A stretch of DNA of 63,574 nucleotides, filler included, from Acidimicrobiia bacterium (GCA_041619515.1; 6 parts of 6 records of this genome joined end to end with filler, not necessarily neighbours in it), one strand, 5' to 3'. Counted from the first letter of the whole stretch, positions 8,995-19,355 are shown. The notes: generated by a model from the sequence alone, not told the origin. A program made the numbers and translations.

Positions 8995-10350
8995 CAGCCG
9001 CCGCCGACGGCGCTGATCGGTTCGGACTGCTCACCTGCCGCCAGTGTTCCCGAGTCGTCGACGACCACTTCGCCGTCGATCTTGATCTCGAGCTCGTAGG
9101 AAGCCGTTTCGACGCAACTGATGTCGAAGTGGACGACGAAGGCCTGATACGTCCCGCTGATCGACCCGCCTTCCGGCCAGAAGACATTCTCGGCATGATC
9201 ACCCAGCTCCACGCCGCATTCGGGGACGGCGTCGACGTCGAGCACCCCACCCGAGGGAGAGGATGCCACCTCGTAATAGATCTCGCTGCCGTCGGGGTCG
9301 ATCACGTGCAGGTCGAGGTCGGCATCGCCGCTCCACCGCAACGTGACCTGCACATCGCCGGTACCGAGGGTTGTGGTAGTGGAGGCGATGGTGCTGGTCG
9401 TCGTGCTGGCGATGGTGGTCGGGGGCGTCGAGTCCGACCCCGCCGGCTTGGTGAAGCTCCGTCCGGTGAGGATGTCGACCAGGTTGAAGTCGGCCACCTC
9501 GGCCACCGCCGACACGGCCACGGCGCCGGCGAGGGAGAAACCCGGCCAGGTGGTGCCCGAGACGGTGGCTCCCGCAGCCAGCTCAACGGCGGGCAGCAAC
9601 GGGTTGCCGCACATGCAACGGGTGCGGGGAACCCCGAAGGTGTCGATGAGAACTGCGGTGCCGGCCTGGAGGACCGAGTTGATGGGGTTGGCGACGCCGT
9701 TTCGGAACCCGTGGTTCACCACCCGCGTGTCCACCTGCAGGATGGCGTCGGTGAGCCCGTTGATGTAGGCGGGAAGGGCGTCGAGCGAGATCCCTTGCAC
9801 GTCTGCCCACGCCTGGGCCTTGGCCGTGTTCTCGGAGAGGAAATCGATGAGCTGCTCCTTGCTGCAGGCATCGATGAGGTTGGTTCCGCCATACAGTCCG
9901 GGGGAGGAGCCGGCGAGCGTCGTGACGATCGGCGCTGCCGTGGTGGTGGTCTCATCAGGCACCAGCGTGGGTGGGATGCCGGTCCCGGGCAGTTCGAACT
10001 CGGGGAAATCGATCTCAGAGAGGCTCCCGATGGGTGGGTTGAGCAGCGCAACGATGCGGGCGATGGTTCCGTCGTCGCCGGCCGGGATGCTCGCCTCGGT
10101 GGGCACCATGGTTCCCGAGAAGGCGTCGATGCCAGGGAAGGTGACCGGTTCTGCAAACACCTCGGACAGGTCGGGTCCCTCCTCGTCGCCGCCGGTGAGG
10201 ACGACGACCGCAGCGATGGCCGCCGATGCCAGGATCAGGATGATCACCAGTGGGATGAGGAATCCGCGCCGGCGACGCGGCCGATCCTGCGGGGGTGGGG
10301 CCCCGGGCGGAGGGGAGCCCGGGGGAGGCCCGGAAGGGGGACCGCTCGGA
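8994..10350 (-). CDS. Membrane-anchored DUF6777-like protein with C-terminal YfaP-like domain; 5' end apparently missing
   Basis: GLYGGT..C, NHGF..LQAGTAVLID..PRTRCMCGNPL; VQVTLRW..DLDLHVIDP. The frame is open upstream of GTG 10247 through a Pro-rich/RRRR segment but has no start codon before a stop at ~10461. Confidence 0.7.
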
Positions 10351-10351
10351 A

Positions 10352-10993
10352 GGGGTCCGGCTGGGGTTGGTGATGCCGGAGCTGTACCTGATGCAGGTGC
10401 GAGCCGCCCTGGCGGCGGTGGCCCAACGGCTGGCGGCCGGAGGCGATCCCCGCCTCGAGATCATGGTGCCGCTGGTCTCGACCGATGAGGAGCTACGAAG
10501 GGTGCGGGAGATGATCGAGCGGGAGGTGGAGGCGGCCTTCCCCGACGGGGCGCCCCACCTGCCGGTGGGAACGATGATCGAGCTCCCGCGGGCGGCCCTC
10601 ACCGCCGGGGACATCGCCCAGGTGGCGGATTTCTTCTCGTTTGGGACCAACGACCTCACCCAGACCACCTTCGGGCTGAGTCGTGACGACGCCGACCGGA
10701 CGTTCTTGCCCCTCTTCCTCGACCAGCACATCTACGCCACCAACCCATTCCAGACGCTCGACCGCAAAGGAGTGGCCAGGTTGGTAGAGGTGGGAACCCG
10801 GGACGGAAGGCGGGCCAACCCGGCGCTGGAGGTGGGTCTGTGCGGTGAGCACGGCGGCGACCCCGAGTCGATCCGGATCTGCCAGGAGATCGGCCTGGAC
10901 TACGTGTCGTGCAGCCCGCCCCGGGTGATCGTCGCCCGCCTGGCCGCCGCCCAGGCCGCGCTGGGGGTCAGCTCCGCCTCGGCGTCGGTCTGA
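10352..10993 (+). pseudogene. ppdK: Pyruvate phosphate dikinase, C-terminal fragment only
   Basis: GVRLG..PELY.MQVRA, GTMIELPRA, FSFGTNDLTQ and CGEHGGDP motifs; the N-terminal three quarters of the enzyme is absent mid-contig. Confidence 0.75.
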
Positions 10994-10996
10994 GGC

Positions 10997-11297
10997 TCAC
11001 GGCACCGGACGGGCGAAGGTGACCAGGGCCCGCATGTAGTTGGCCCGCTCGAAGGCCTCCGGGTCGGGGGCGTTCAGCTGGCTGAGGCTGCCCCGCATCT
11101 GCGAGACCGACTGGTACTCGCCCTCGGCCAGCCACTGGCGCAGCTCGTCCCGCAGACGGCCGGCGTGGCCGGGGCCGTGACGCAGCAGGGCGGCGGTGGT
11201 CATGGTCACGTCGGCGCCGGCCAGCAACGCCTTGATCACGTCCACTCCCTGGTGCACACCCGTGGTCACCGCCAGCGAGGCCGCCACTCTCCCGTGA
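10997..11297 (-). CDS. Dihydroorotate dehydrogenase-like protein, C-terminal part (truncated by contig end)
   Basis: TGVH..DVIKALLAGAD and MRGSLS..DPEAFERANYM motifs. Confidence 0.75.
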
Positions 11298-11397
11298 NNN
11301 NNNNNNNNNNNNNNNNNNNNNNNNNNNNNNNNNNNNNNNNNTTAATTAATTAANNNNNNNNNNNNNNNNNNNNNNNNNNNNNNNNNNNNNNNNNNNN
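11298..11397. other. Artificial contig linker (N44-TTAATTAATTAA-N44)
   Basis: N runs flanking a six-frame stop spacer. Confidence 0.98.
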
Positions 11398-11700
11398 AAC
11401 CTCGACATGCTGCTGCAGGTGAACGGGGAGGACCGCCAGGTTTCGAACACGAGGAACATGTGGGTGTCGATCCCCGAGATCGTCGCCCATTATTCGGCGC
11501 TCGGCTACAGCCCGGGAGACCTCATCTCCACCGGAACGGTGTCCGGCGTCGCCGCCTTCAGCGATGACCCGGAAGCGTGGTATCTGAAGCCGGGCGACGT
11601 GGTGGACGCCGGGATCGAGAAGCTCGGCGTCCTTCGCAACACCATCATCAGTTGGAAGGAAGGTCACGGGGAGGACCCACCGGCCCGGGCCGGGGCCTAG
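11398..11700 (+). CDS. Fumarylacetoacetate hydrolase family protein, C-terminal part
   Basis: VNGEDRQVSNT..M and PGDLISTGT..GV..YLKPGDVV..IEKLGVLRN motifs. Confidence 0.85.
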   Translation, partial: NLDMLLQVNGEDRQVSNTRNMWVSIPEIVAHYSALGYSPGDLISTGTVSGVAAFSDDPEAWYLKPGDVVDAGIEKLGVLRNTIISWKEGHGEDPPARAGA

Positions 11701-11707
11701 CCGCGGC

Positions 11708-12184
11708 ATGGACCCGGCCGACCTCCAACGCTTGCGCCTCGCAATCGAGGTGTCTGAGCGGGCGCGAGCGCACGGTAACCACCCCTTCGGGGCCATCCTG
11801 GTCGACTCCGCCGGAGGCGTCGTCGCCGAGGCCGAGAATACGGTAAGCGCCGAGCGCGATGTCACCGCCCATGCCGAGACCAACCTGGTCCGCATCGCCG
11901 GCGCCCGCTGGACGCCCGACGAGCTGGCTTCCCATACGCTGTACTCGAGTTGTGAGCCATGCGCCATGTGCTCCGGCGCCATCTTCTGGGCCGGGATCGG
12001 ACGGATAGTTTTCGCGCTTTCCGTGGAGGGCCTTATGTCGTTCTTCTCCAATCGCCCGGATGCTCCCATACATGGGATGGGGAGCCGCCGGCTGCTGACC
12101 GCGGCCGATGGCATCGAGGTGCTCGGCCCGGCTCTCGAGGAGGAGGCGGCCAAGGCCCACGCAGGATTCTGGACGCCGAGCTGA
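11708..12184 (+). CDS. Zn-dependent nucleoside/nucleobase deaminase
   Basis: PFGA, HAE and EPCAMC motifs. Confidence 0.88.
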   Translation: MDPADLQRLRLAIEVSERARAHGNHPFGAILVDSAGGVVAEAENTVSAERDVTAHAETNLVRIAGARWTPDELASHTLYSSCEPCAMCSGAIFWAGIGRIVFALSVEGLMSFFSNRPDAPIHGMGSRRLLTAADGIEVLGPALEEEAAKAHAGFWTPS

Positions 12185-12193
12185 GGAGGATCG

Positions 12194-12532
12194 GTGCGGC
12201 TGAACATAGAACACATCACCTTCGACTGCCACGACCCCGGCCGGCTGGCGGCCTTCTGGTCTGCGGCCACCGGCCTCGAGATTGCCGACAACTGGGGTGA
12301 CTTCGTCCGGCTCGCTCCCGGGCAGGGAGACATCCGCCTGGCCTTTCAGGCGGTGCCGGAGGACAAGGTCGCCAAGAACCGCATGCACCTCGACCTCAAT
12401 TCAGAAGACATGGCCGCCACGGTGGAGGAGCTCGTCGGGCTCGGCGCCCAGATCGTGGAGCGCCATTCCAGTCCCAATGCGACCTGGACGGTGATGCGCG
12501 ACCCGGAGGGCAACGAGTTCTGCGTGAACTGA
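12194..12532 (+). CDS. VOC/glyoxalase family protein
   Basis: LAAFWS, KNRMHLD and DPEGNEFC motifs; GAGGAG RBS. Confidence 0.88.
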   Translation: MRLNIEHITFDCHDPGRLAAFWSAATGLEIADNWGDFVRLAPGQGDIRLAFQAVPEDKVAKNRMHLDLNSEDMAATVEELVGLGAQIVERHSSPNATWTVMRDPEGNEFCVN

Positions 12533-12584
12533 GTCGGGCGTGCGAGTAGCGTCGGAAGGACCCGATCACGAGGAGGAACCAGCC

Positions 12585-12974
12585 ATGGAACGGCGCGTCA
12601 TCAACCCCTGGACCTGGCAGGAGGCGTATGGCTTCAATCACGGCCACGAGGTGACCGGCGGGCGCACCCTCTACCTGGCGGGGCAGGTCTCACTGGACGA
12701 CGAGGGCCAGCTCGTCCACGCCGGTGACATGGCCGGCCAGGTGAACAAATCACTCGACAACATCGAGGCCGTGCTCGCATCCGCCGACATGACACCCGCC
12801 GACATCGTGCGCCTCAACGTCTACACCACCGACGTCGACCTTCTCCTCGAGCACTACGGTCTCCTCGCCCGGTTCACCGAAGCGGGAGCCCGCTACACCT
12901 CGACGCTGCTCGGCGTGGCCCGGCTGGCATTCCCCGAGCTGCTGGTCGAGCTGGAGGCGACCGCGGTGGCCTAG
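12585..12974 (+). CDS. RidA/YjgF family protein
   Basis: LYLAGQV and STLLGVARLAFPELLVELEATA motifs; GAGGAGG RBS before ATG 12585. Confidence 0.85.
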   Translation: MERRVINPWTWQEAYGFNHGHEVTGGRTLYLAGQVSLDDEGQLVHAGDMAGQVNKSLDNIEAVLASADMTPADIVRLNVYTTDVDLLLEHYGLLARFTEAGARYTSTLLGVARLAFPELLVELEATAVA

Positions 12975-14122
12975 CCGGCCAGCAGGTGGGAGTGACGCTC
13001 GAGGCCGGCCACCACGGCTTCCACGTCCTCCTCGGAGTTGTAGCAATGCCATGACAGCCGGATGTTGCCGTCGCGGGGATTGGTGAGAATGCCGTCTTCG
13101 GCCAGCGCCCGAACCATGGCCACTTCGTCGCTGGTGGCCACGGCGATCAGAGGCCCGCGCTTGGACGGATCGCGCGGCGTGACCATGCCCGCGCCGATGC
13201 GATCGAGACCGTCGACCAGCTGCTGGGTCAGCCGCTGAACGTGCCGCTCGGTTTCGGCGATGCCGATCTCCTCCATGAGGTCCATGCCGGCGATTCCCGC
13301 GTAGATATTCGGGATGGGCGGGGTGCCGCTCTCGAATTTTCGAGCGGTCGGCGACGGGGAATAGTCGTGGATGTCCATGTCGAAGATGTTTTCGTCCGCG
13401 AACCAGCCGGTCTGTGTGGGAGTGATGTCGGCAAGCAGATCGGCTCGGCAGTAGAGGAACGCCAGCCCCGCAGAGCCGAGCAGATATTTGAGGGTTCCAC
13501 CGGTAACGAAGTCTGCGTCGAGGTCTTGCACGTCGATGGGGATGGCCCCCACCGCCTGAAAAGAGTCGAGCAGCACCCGGGCACCCGCCTCGTGCGCCAG
13601 CCGGATGACCTCTTTCACGTCGGTCTTGCTCCCGTTGCGAAAACACACGTGGGTGATGGCGACCAGGGCCGTTTCTTCGTCGATCGCCTCGGCCATCCGG
13701 TCGAGCGGGATGGTCACATCCGGAGCGGCCGGCACATGGACGACCTTCACCCCGAGTAGCTCCTGGGCGTGCATGATCTGGCCGATGGTTGGGAACTCGA
13801 AGTCGCTCATCACGATCTTGGTGCGGCCCTCCGGGTGTTTGAGGCCACTCATCAGAGAGCTGACCCCGGCCGACACGGAGGTGGTGATCGCCACCTCGTC
13901 GGCCGTGGCGTTGAGCAGGCGGGCGACCCGCGAGCGAGCAGACTCGGCACGCTCCACCCACAGGTCCCAGGGTGCCCCCTTGGCATCCCAGTCCGCCAGG
14001 TACTGCTCATACGCCCGGCGCACATCGACCGAGAGGGCGCCCTGCGAGCAGCTATTGGTGTACACCGCATGGGCCAGCAGAGGAAAGCGATCACGGAATG
14101 GCCCGGGAAGAGGCGTGCTCAT
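12971..14122 (-). CDS. PLP-dependent aminotransferase class V (kynureninase/desulfurase-like)
   Basis: YTNSCSQG, EFPT, LDSFQAVG, GTLKYLLG and FESGTP motifs; AGGAG RBS. Confidence 0.85.
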   Translation of the reverse strand: MSTPLPGPFRDRFPLLAHAVYTNSCSQGALSVDVRRAYEQYLADWDAKGAPWDLWVERAESARSRVARLLNATADEVAITTSVSAGVSSLMSGLKHPEGRTKIVMSDFEFPTIGQIMHAQELLGVKVVHVPAAPDVTIPLDRMAEAIDEETALVAITHVCFRNGSKTDVKEVIRLAHEAGARVLLDSFQAVGAIPIDVQDLDADFVTGGTLKYLLGSAGLAFLYCRADLLADITPTQTGWFADENIFDMDIHDYSPSPTARKFESGTPPIPNIYAGIAGMDLMEEIGIAETERHVQRLTQQLVDGLDRIGAGMVTPRDPSKRGPLIAVATSDEVAMVRALAEDGILTNPRDGNIRLSWHCYNSEEDVEAVVAGLERHSHLLAG

Positions 14123-14141
14123 CGGTGCTCCTGGTGCTCGG

Positions 14142-14858
14142 TCACCGACCAAGATAGGCCTTCTTGAGGTCTTCGTGCTCCGATAGCACGGCAGCCTCGT
14201 CTGCCAGCACGATCCGCCCGGTCGCCAGCACGTACCCGTGGTCGGCGATCGACAGCGCCATGTTGGCGTTCTGTTCTACGACGAGGATCGACACCCCGGC
14301 GCGATGGACCCGCTGGATGATCTCGAAGCTCTGTTCGACGAGGATTGGCGCCAGGCCCATGGATGGCTCGTCCATCAGCAGCAGCTTGGGCTTCGACATG
14401 AGCGCCCGTCCCATCGCCACCATCTGCTGTTCGCCTCCCGACAACGTTCCCGCCAGCTGGTTGCGCCGCTCGGCGAGCACCGGAAACAGCTCGTACACGT
14501 CGTTGAGATCCTCGGCGAAATCATCCTCCCGCAGGTATGCCCCCATCTCCAGGTTCTCGAGCACCGTCATCGGAGCGAACAGCCGGCGGTTCTCGGGGAC
14601 GATGGCCATCCCGTGACCGATACGGAAGCTGGTCGACTTGTTGGTGACGTCTTCGCCGTCGAACTCGACCGTGCCGGAGCGGGGGGTGACGATGCCGAGG
14701 ATCGTCTTGAGGGTTGTGGACTTGCCCGAAGCATTCCCACCCAGCAGGCACACCAGCTCCCCCGGCCGGATCTTCATCGAGATGCCCTGGAGGATGTGGA
14801 TCTGCCCGTAATAGGTGTTGACATCGGTCAGTGCGAGCAGCGGCGGGCGGTCGTTCAC
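14142..14858 (-). CDS. livF: Branched-chain amino acid-type ABC transporter ATPase (LivF-like)
   Basis: GGNASGKST, PENRRLF, LSGGEQQM, DEPSMGLAP and VEQN motifs. Confidence 0.88.
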   Translation of the reverse strand: MNDRPPLLALTDVNTYYGQIHILQGISMKIRPGELVCLLGGNASGKSTTLKTILGIVTPRSGTVEFDGEDVTNKSTSFRIGHGMAIVPENRRLFAPMTVLENLEMGAYLREDDFAEDLNDVYELFPVLAERRNQLAGTLSGGEQQMVAMGRALMSKPKLLLMDEPSMGLAPILVEQSFEIIQRVHRAGVSILVVEQNANMALSIADHGYVLATGRIVLADEAAVLSEHEDLKKAYLGR

Positions 14859-14865
14859 GGCTTCG

Positions 14866-15732
14866 TCACTTTCGATCCGCCGCCCCGTAGCCGAGGTAGG
14901 CCTCGATGACTTGCGGGTCGGTCGCCACATGGTCGAAGGTCCCCTCGGCGATCTTGACACCATGGTCGAGCGCGATGACTCGATCGGATATGCCTTCCAC
15001 CACGTGCATGTCGTGCTCGATGACGAGAATCGAATAGCCAGTCTCGTCGCGAATCTCGCCGATGAGCTCGGCTATCTCGTGGGTTTCCGCCGGGTTCATG
15101 CCGGCGGCCGGCTCGTCGAGCATCAGCAGGCGGGGATTCGTCGCCATCGCACGAGCAATCTCGAGTCGGCGCCGGTTGGCGTAGGAGAGGCTGTAGGCGG
15201 GCTGGTCCCATCGGTAGCCCATCAGCCGCTCACCGAAGAAGGCGAGCTTGCGTTCGGCGAGGTCGGCGATCTGGCGTTCTTCGCGCCTGGCGGCCGGGGT
15301 GCGCAGCACCGATTGCCAGATGCGGGCCTTCGAGTCTCCGTAGGCGGCGGCCATGACGTTCTCTTTCACGGTCATGTTGAGAAAGACCCGCAGCGTCTGA
15401 AATGTCCGGGCAATACCGAGATTGGCGATCTCGGCGGGTGAGAGGCCGACGATGCTCCGGCCGTCCATCAAGATGTCCCCCGAATCGGGCTCGTATATGC
15501 CGGTGATGAGGTTGAAGAGCGTTGTCTTGCCGGCTCCGTTCGGGCCGATGACACTCACGATTTCCCCCGGAGCGATCGAGAGATCGAGGTCGTCGATCGC
15601 TTCCACCTCACCGACGACGGGATCGCCCTCGTGGACGATCTGGCCGGCGCCCACCACCAGGTCGAGGTCCTGAATGACCTGGAGGCCCCCGAAGGCCTTG
15701 GACAGCGAGCGCAGTTCGAGAATGGGCTTCAT
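14866..15732 (-). CDS. livG: Branched-chain amino acid-type ABC transporter ATPase (LivG-like)
   Basis: GPNGAGKTT, ARTFQ, DEPAAG, IEHDM and VIEAYLG motifs; ATGA overlap with the upstream permease. Confidence 0.88.
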   Translation of the reverse strand: MKPILELRSLSKAFGGLQVIQDLDLVVGAGQIVHEGDPVVGEVEAIDDLDLSIAPGEIVSVIGPNGAGKTTLFNLITGIYEPDSGDILMDGRSIVGLSPAEIANLGIARTFQTLRVFLNMTVKENVMAAAYGDSKARIWQSVLRTPAARREERQIADLAERKLAFFGERLMGYRWDQPAYSLSYANRRRLEIARAMATNPRLLMLDEPAAGMNPAETHEIAELIGEIRDETGYSILVIEHDMHVVEGISDRVIALDHGVKIAEGTFDHVATDPQVIEAYLGYGAADRK

Positions 15733-17171
15733 GTGATCTCGACTCGCTTGGTCCCCAGCAGGCCCTGGGGCCGCACCGCCATCATGACCACCAGCACAGC
15801 TCCAAAGAGCAGCTGGCGGGTGACGCTCGGTTGGAAGGCGAGCTTGTTCTCCCAGACCAGGATCCCGAGGTAGACAGTGGGTATGAGGGCGGCAATCCTC
15901 CACCAACCCCGGGATACGGCTACCAGCAACACACCCGCGATGGCCGCCACGAAGGCATAGTTGGTGATGACATCGCGCTGCGCGTCCAGGATCAGCACCC
16001 ACCCGTCGACGAGACGCGAGAAGAATGTGTCGTTGGTTTCTCCCATCGTGGACTCATCCCAGATGCTGCTGGAGACCGCTCTCACCAAGAAGCCAAATGC
16101 GACGACACCCCCAGCCGTGGCGGCGAGGCGATCCCAGCGCCTGACCAACACGAATACCACGACCACCAGGCCGGCGTAGAACAGCCAGCCTGCCTTACTG
16201 GGGTCGCGCAACAGCTCCGGAACATATGCGATAGCGATGGCCCCCAGCACCACTCCGGGGATTGAGCCGGATCCACCGAGGATGACCGCCGCATACATCG
16301 TGATGAGGATGAACAGGTTGAAGTTGTTGGGGAAGACCCCCACCTGGACGGCGGCGAACATAGCCCCGGTCAAGCCGGCAATGGCCGCTCCAACGGCGAA
16401 GGCGAGCAGCTTCATCCTGTTGACCGGCGTGGTCATGTGCTCGGCCGCCAGCGTGTCTTCCCGGAGCGCCCGCCAGGCTCGCCCGGTGCGGGACGAGTTC
16501 AGGTTGTGAAGCCCGACGATGAGTAGCCCCAGGAAGATGAGGGCCAGATAGTACTGGCGGGTGAACGTGTTGATCTCGAAGCCGAACAGATCCCACGGCT
16601 TCACCCCGGGTATCCCGTTCGGTCCGCCGGTCAGGTTGAGGTCGTCTCCCACGAAGGGCAACCTCTCGAAGTTTCGCACCAGCTCAACGAAGATCTGGGC
16701 AAAGAACAATGTCATGATCGCCAGATAGTCGCCGGCCAGCCGCCGCGACGGGAGGCTCAGAAGTGCACCGAGGATTGCCGTCGCAGCCACGATCACCGGT
16801 ATCGCAATCCAAGTGGGCCAATGGGCCGGAAGCTGGTCGGACGCCACAATGGCGTAGAAATACGCACCGAAGCCGTAGAACGCGACATAGCCGAGATCGA
16901 GCAGGCCGGCCCAGCCTACGACGACGTTCAAGCCCAATGCCACCATCGCCAGCAGCAGAATCGCTATGCCGATACGAACATCGCTCGCTCGTACAAGAAA
17001 CGGATAGGTCGCAGCCGCAAGTAGGAACAGCCCCAGTCGCGGGCCGGGTGCGAGCCGGTCGAAGAGCCGGCGGACCGGTGCCGTCCACCCCGAATATTGC
17101 ACCCGCCGCCCCTCTGATTGTTCGACCCATTGATCGACACCAATGCGGACTTCGTCGTTGGGACTCGTCAT
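15729..17171 (-). CDS. livM: ABC transporter permease (LivM-like)
   Basis: GLNVVVGWAGLLDLGYVAF, GDYLAIMTL, TGGPNG and GRAWRALRED motifs. Confidence 0.88.
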   Translation of the reverse strand: MTSPNDEVRIGVDQWVEQSEGRRVQYSGWTAPVRRLFDRLAPGPRLGLFLLAAATYPFLVRASDVRIGIAILLLAMVALGLNVVVGWAGLLDLGYVAFYGFGAYFYAIVASDQLPAHWPTWIAIPVIVAATAILGALLSLPSRRLAGDYLAIMTLFFAQIFVELVRNFERLPFVGDDLNLTGGPNGIPGVKPWDLFGFEINTFTRQYYLALIFLGLLIVGLHNLNSSRTGRAWRALREDTLAAEHMTTPVNRMKLLAFAVGAAIAGLTGAMFAAVQVGVFPNNFNLFILITMYAAVILGGSGSIPGVVLGAIAIAYVPELLRDPSKAGWLFYAGLVVVVFVLVRRWDRLAATAGGVVAFGFLVRAVSSSIWDESTMGETNDTFFSRLVDGWVLILDAQRDVITNYAFVAAIAGVLLVAVSRGWWRIAALIPTVYLGILVWENKLAFQPSVTRQLLFGAVLVVMMAVRPQGLLGTKRVEIT

Positions 17172-17172
17172 A

Positions 17173-18090
17173 TCAAACCTTCACCAGCTCGGGCCGACCG
17201 AGGAGGCCGCTGGGACGCACGAGAAGCACGAGGATGAGCAATCCAAACACGATGAGGTTCTGGAAGGTCGACGAGATGTAGCCGGTGGTGTAGGCCTCCG
17301 CGAAGCCGATCAGGAGCCCACCGAGCATGGCGCCGGGGATGCTGCCGATGCCACCAACCACAGCCGCGGTGAACGCTTTGAGGCCCGCAACGAATCCCAT
17401 CAGGTGAAAGATGCGCCCGAATACCAACCCCACCATCACACCACCAATGCCGGCGAGCGCCGAGCCGATCAAGAAGACGATGACGATCACTTTGTCAACA
17501 TCGATCCCCATCATGGCCGCCGCCTCGCGATCGAAAGATACCGCCCGGACCGCCTTGCCGGTCTTGGTGCGGTTGACCCAGAGGGTCAGAAGGACCATGA
17601 GCAAGGCAGCCGATGCGATGACCAACAACCGCACCATCCACACCCGGATCGGCCCGAACGGGATACCGGTTTCGATTTGGATCAGCTGTGGGGTGTTGTA
17701 TGTGCGTGAGTTGGCAGTGAAGAGCAGCAAGGCAGATGCCTGCAAGAAGAACGAGGCTCCGATGGCGCTGATGAGCGGAGCGATCCTTGTCGAGTTGCGC
17801 AGGGGGCGATACGCAAAGCGCTCCAGGGCCACACCGATGGCTGATGACGTCGCCATGGCCGCCACAAACATGAGCACGATCGCCAGCCAGACGGGGACCA
17901 CGAGGGCTGACGATCCACCGAGGATCGTCAGCACCCCGTAGCCCGCGAACGCTCCGAACATGTACACCTCGCCGTGGGCGAAGTTGAGCAGCTTCAGAAC
18001 GCCGTACACCATCGAATAGCCCAGGGCCAGCAAGGCGTACACGCTCCCCAGCGTCAGGCCGTTGACCGTCTGCTGGAGAAAGAACTCCAT
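17173..18090 (-). CDS. livH: ABC transporter permease (LivH-like)
   Basis: NGLTLGSVYAL..LNFAHGE, KAFTAAVVGGIG and RPSGLLG motifs. Confidence 0.9.
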   Translation of the reverse strand: MEFFLQQTVNGLTLGSVYALLALGYSMVYGVLKLLNFAHGEVYMFGAFAGYGVLTILGGSSALVVPVWLAIVLMFVAAMATSSAIGVALERFAYRPLRNSTRIAPLISAIGASFFLQASALLLFTANSRTYNTPQLIQIETGIPFGPIRVWMVRLLVIASAALLMVLLTLWVNRTKTGKAVRAVSFDREAAAMMGIDVDKVIVIVFLIGSALAGIGGVMVGLVFGRIFHLMGFVAGLKAFTAAVVGGIGSIPGAMLGGLLIGFAEAYTTGYISSTFQNLIVFGLLILVLLVRPSGLLGRPELVKV

Positions 18091-18114
18091 CTGTTCTCCT
18101 GCTCGTTGTGTCTC

Positions 18115-19323
18115 TTAGCCGACGAACCCGACCTTCGACCCGTCCTCCTGGATCTGGAAGACGTACCACTGGCTCACAACCATGTTGCCTTCCGGCGTGA
18201 AGCTGATCGGCTGCCCAATGATGGAGTCGGCCAAATCGGTGTTGCGCACCTCAGCCAGGACGCTCGCCCGCGAGGGAACCTCACCAGCGGCGCACACCCG
18301 GTCAATTGCTTCGAGTATGACCTGGGTGGCGACGAACACCGGAGGCCCAAACGTATTGGTGTTCGGGTACTGCGCAAGGTAGCCGGCCAGCAGGTCTGCG
18401 GATTGGGGGAAGGCCGAGATATCGGCCACGAACGAGAGGATGAACGAGCCGGGCGTGGAAAAGTCGTCAGAATCCATTCCATCCGAGCCGACGATCACGG
18501 CATCCTTGCCCTGCTCGGCCATCTGGTTGGCCAAGATCTGCCCATTGGCGGCAATCTGCCAAGGCAAATACACAAAGTCAGCATCATCGGGGATGTTGCT
18601 CACCAGGGCCGAGAAGTCGGTGATGTCCTGACTCACTGACTCGCGAATGACTTCAACGTTGCCGGCTTCGAGCGCAGCCTGCGTGGAATCGGCCAGCCCG
18701 GTCGAGTACGACGACTGGTCGTCGATCATGAAGACCTTGGTGCCGCCCTGACTGATGATCAAGTCAGCTGTCGTCGGACCTTGATCATCGTCGGTGCCGA
18801 CCGTGCGAAACAGACCGTTGTACTTGGCCGTGATACCGACCCGGGTCGATGACGGCGAGATGAACGTGAGATTCGGATCGCCGGCTTCGAAGACCGCACC
18901 GGCGGCGTCGACCTGGTCGCTCCCGGCCGGGCCCACGATGCCGACGATGGCGCTGTTGTCAAGCACCTGGGCCGCCAGGGTCGAGGCCTGCGCCGCGTCG
19001 AACTGCGTGTCGAACTCGGCAATTCCGAAGTCGTAGCCCATGTCGCTGTTGAAGGTGTCAACGGCATACTTGAACCAGTTGAGCTGCACCTCACCAATAA
19101 AAGCCACCGGACCGGTGATCGGCCCCATGAAGCCGACGGTGGCTTCGCACACCATCGGCTCGGCGGCCGTTGTGGTGGTCGCATCGGCTGCAGTGGTCGT
19201 GGTGGCGGCCGGCCCTGAGGTGGTGGTCGTTGTGTCGGCGGAGTCGTCCCCACCGCAGGCAGCCGCTACCAGCGCCAGCGCCAGCAGCACTGCCATCGTC
19301 CGCCAAATGGGTTTGTTTCTCAT
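18115..19323 (-). CDS. Amino-acid ABC transporter substrate-binding lipoprotein (LivJ/K-like)
   Basis: Lipobox AAAC, Thr-rich linker, GPITGPVA and FRTVGTDDDQG motifs. Confidence 0.88.
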   Translation of the reverse strand: MRNKPIWRTMAVLLALALVAAACGGDDSADTTTTTSGPAATTTTAADATTTTAAEPMVCEATVGFMGPITGPVAFIGEVQLNWFKYAVDTFNSDMGYDFGIAEFDTQFDAAQASTLAAQVLDNSAIVGIVGPAGSDQVDAAGAVFEAGDPNLTFISPSSTRVGITAKYNGLFRTVGTDDDQGPTTADLIISQGGTKVFMIDDQSSYSTGLADSTQAALEAGNVEVIRESVSQDITDFSALVSNIPDDADFVYLPWQIAANGQILANQMAEQGKDAVIVGSDGMDSDDFSTPGSFILSFVADISAFPQSADLLAGYLAQYPNTNTFGPPVFVATQVILEAIDRVCAAGEVPSRASVLAEVRNTDLADSIIGQPISFTPEGNMVVSQWYVFQIQEDGSKVGFVG

Positions 19324-19355
19324 AGTGAATTGCCTTTCTTTCTTCCGATCGGGTT

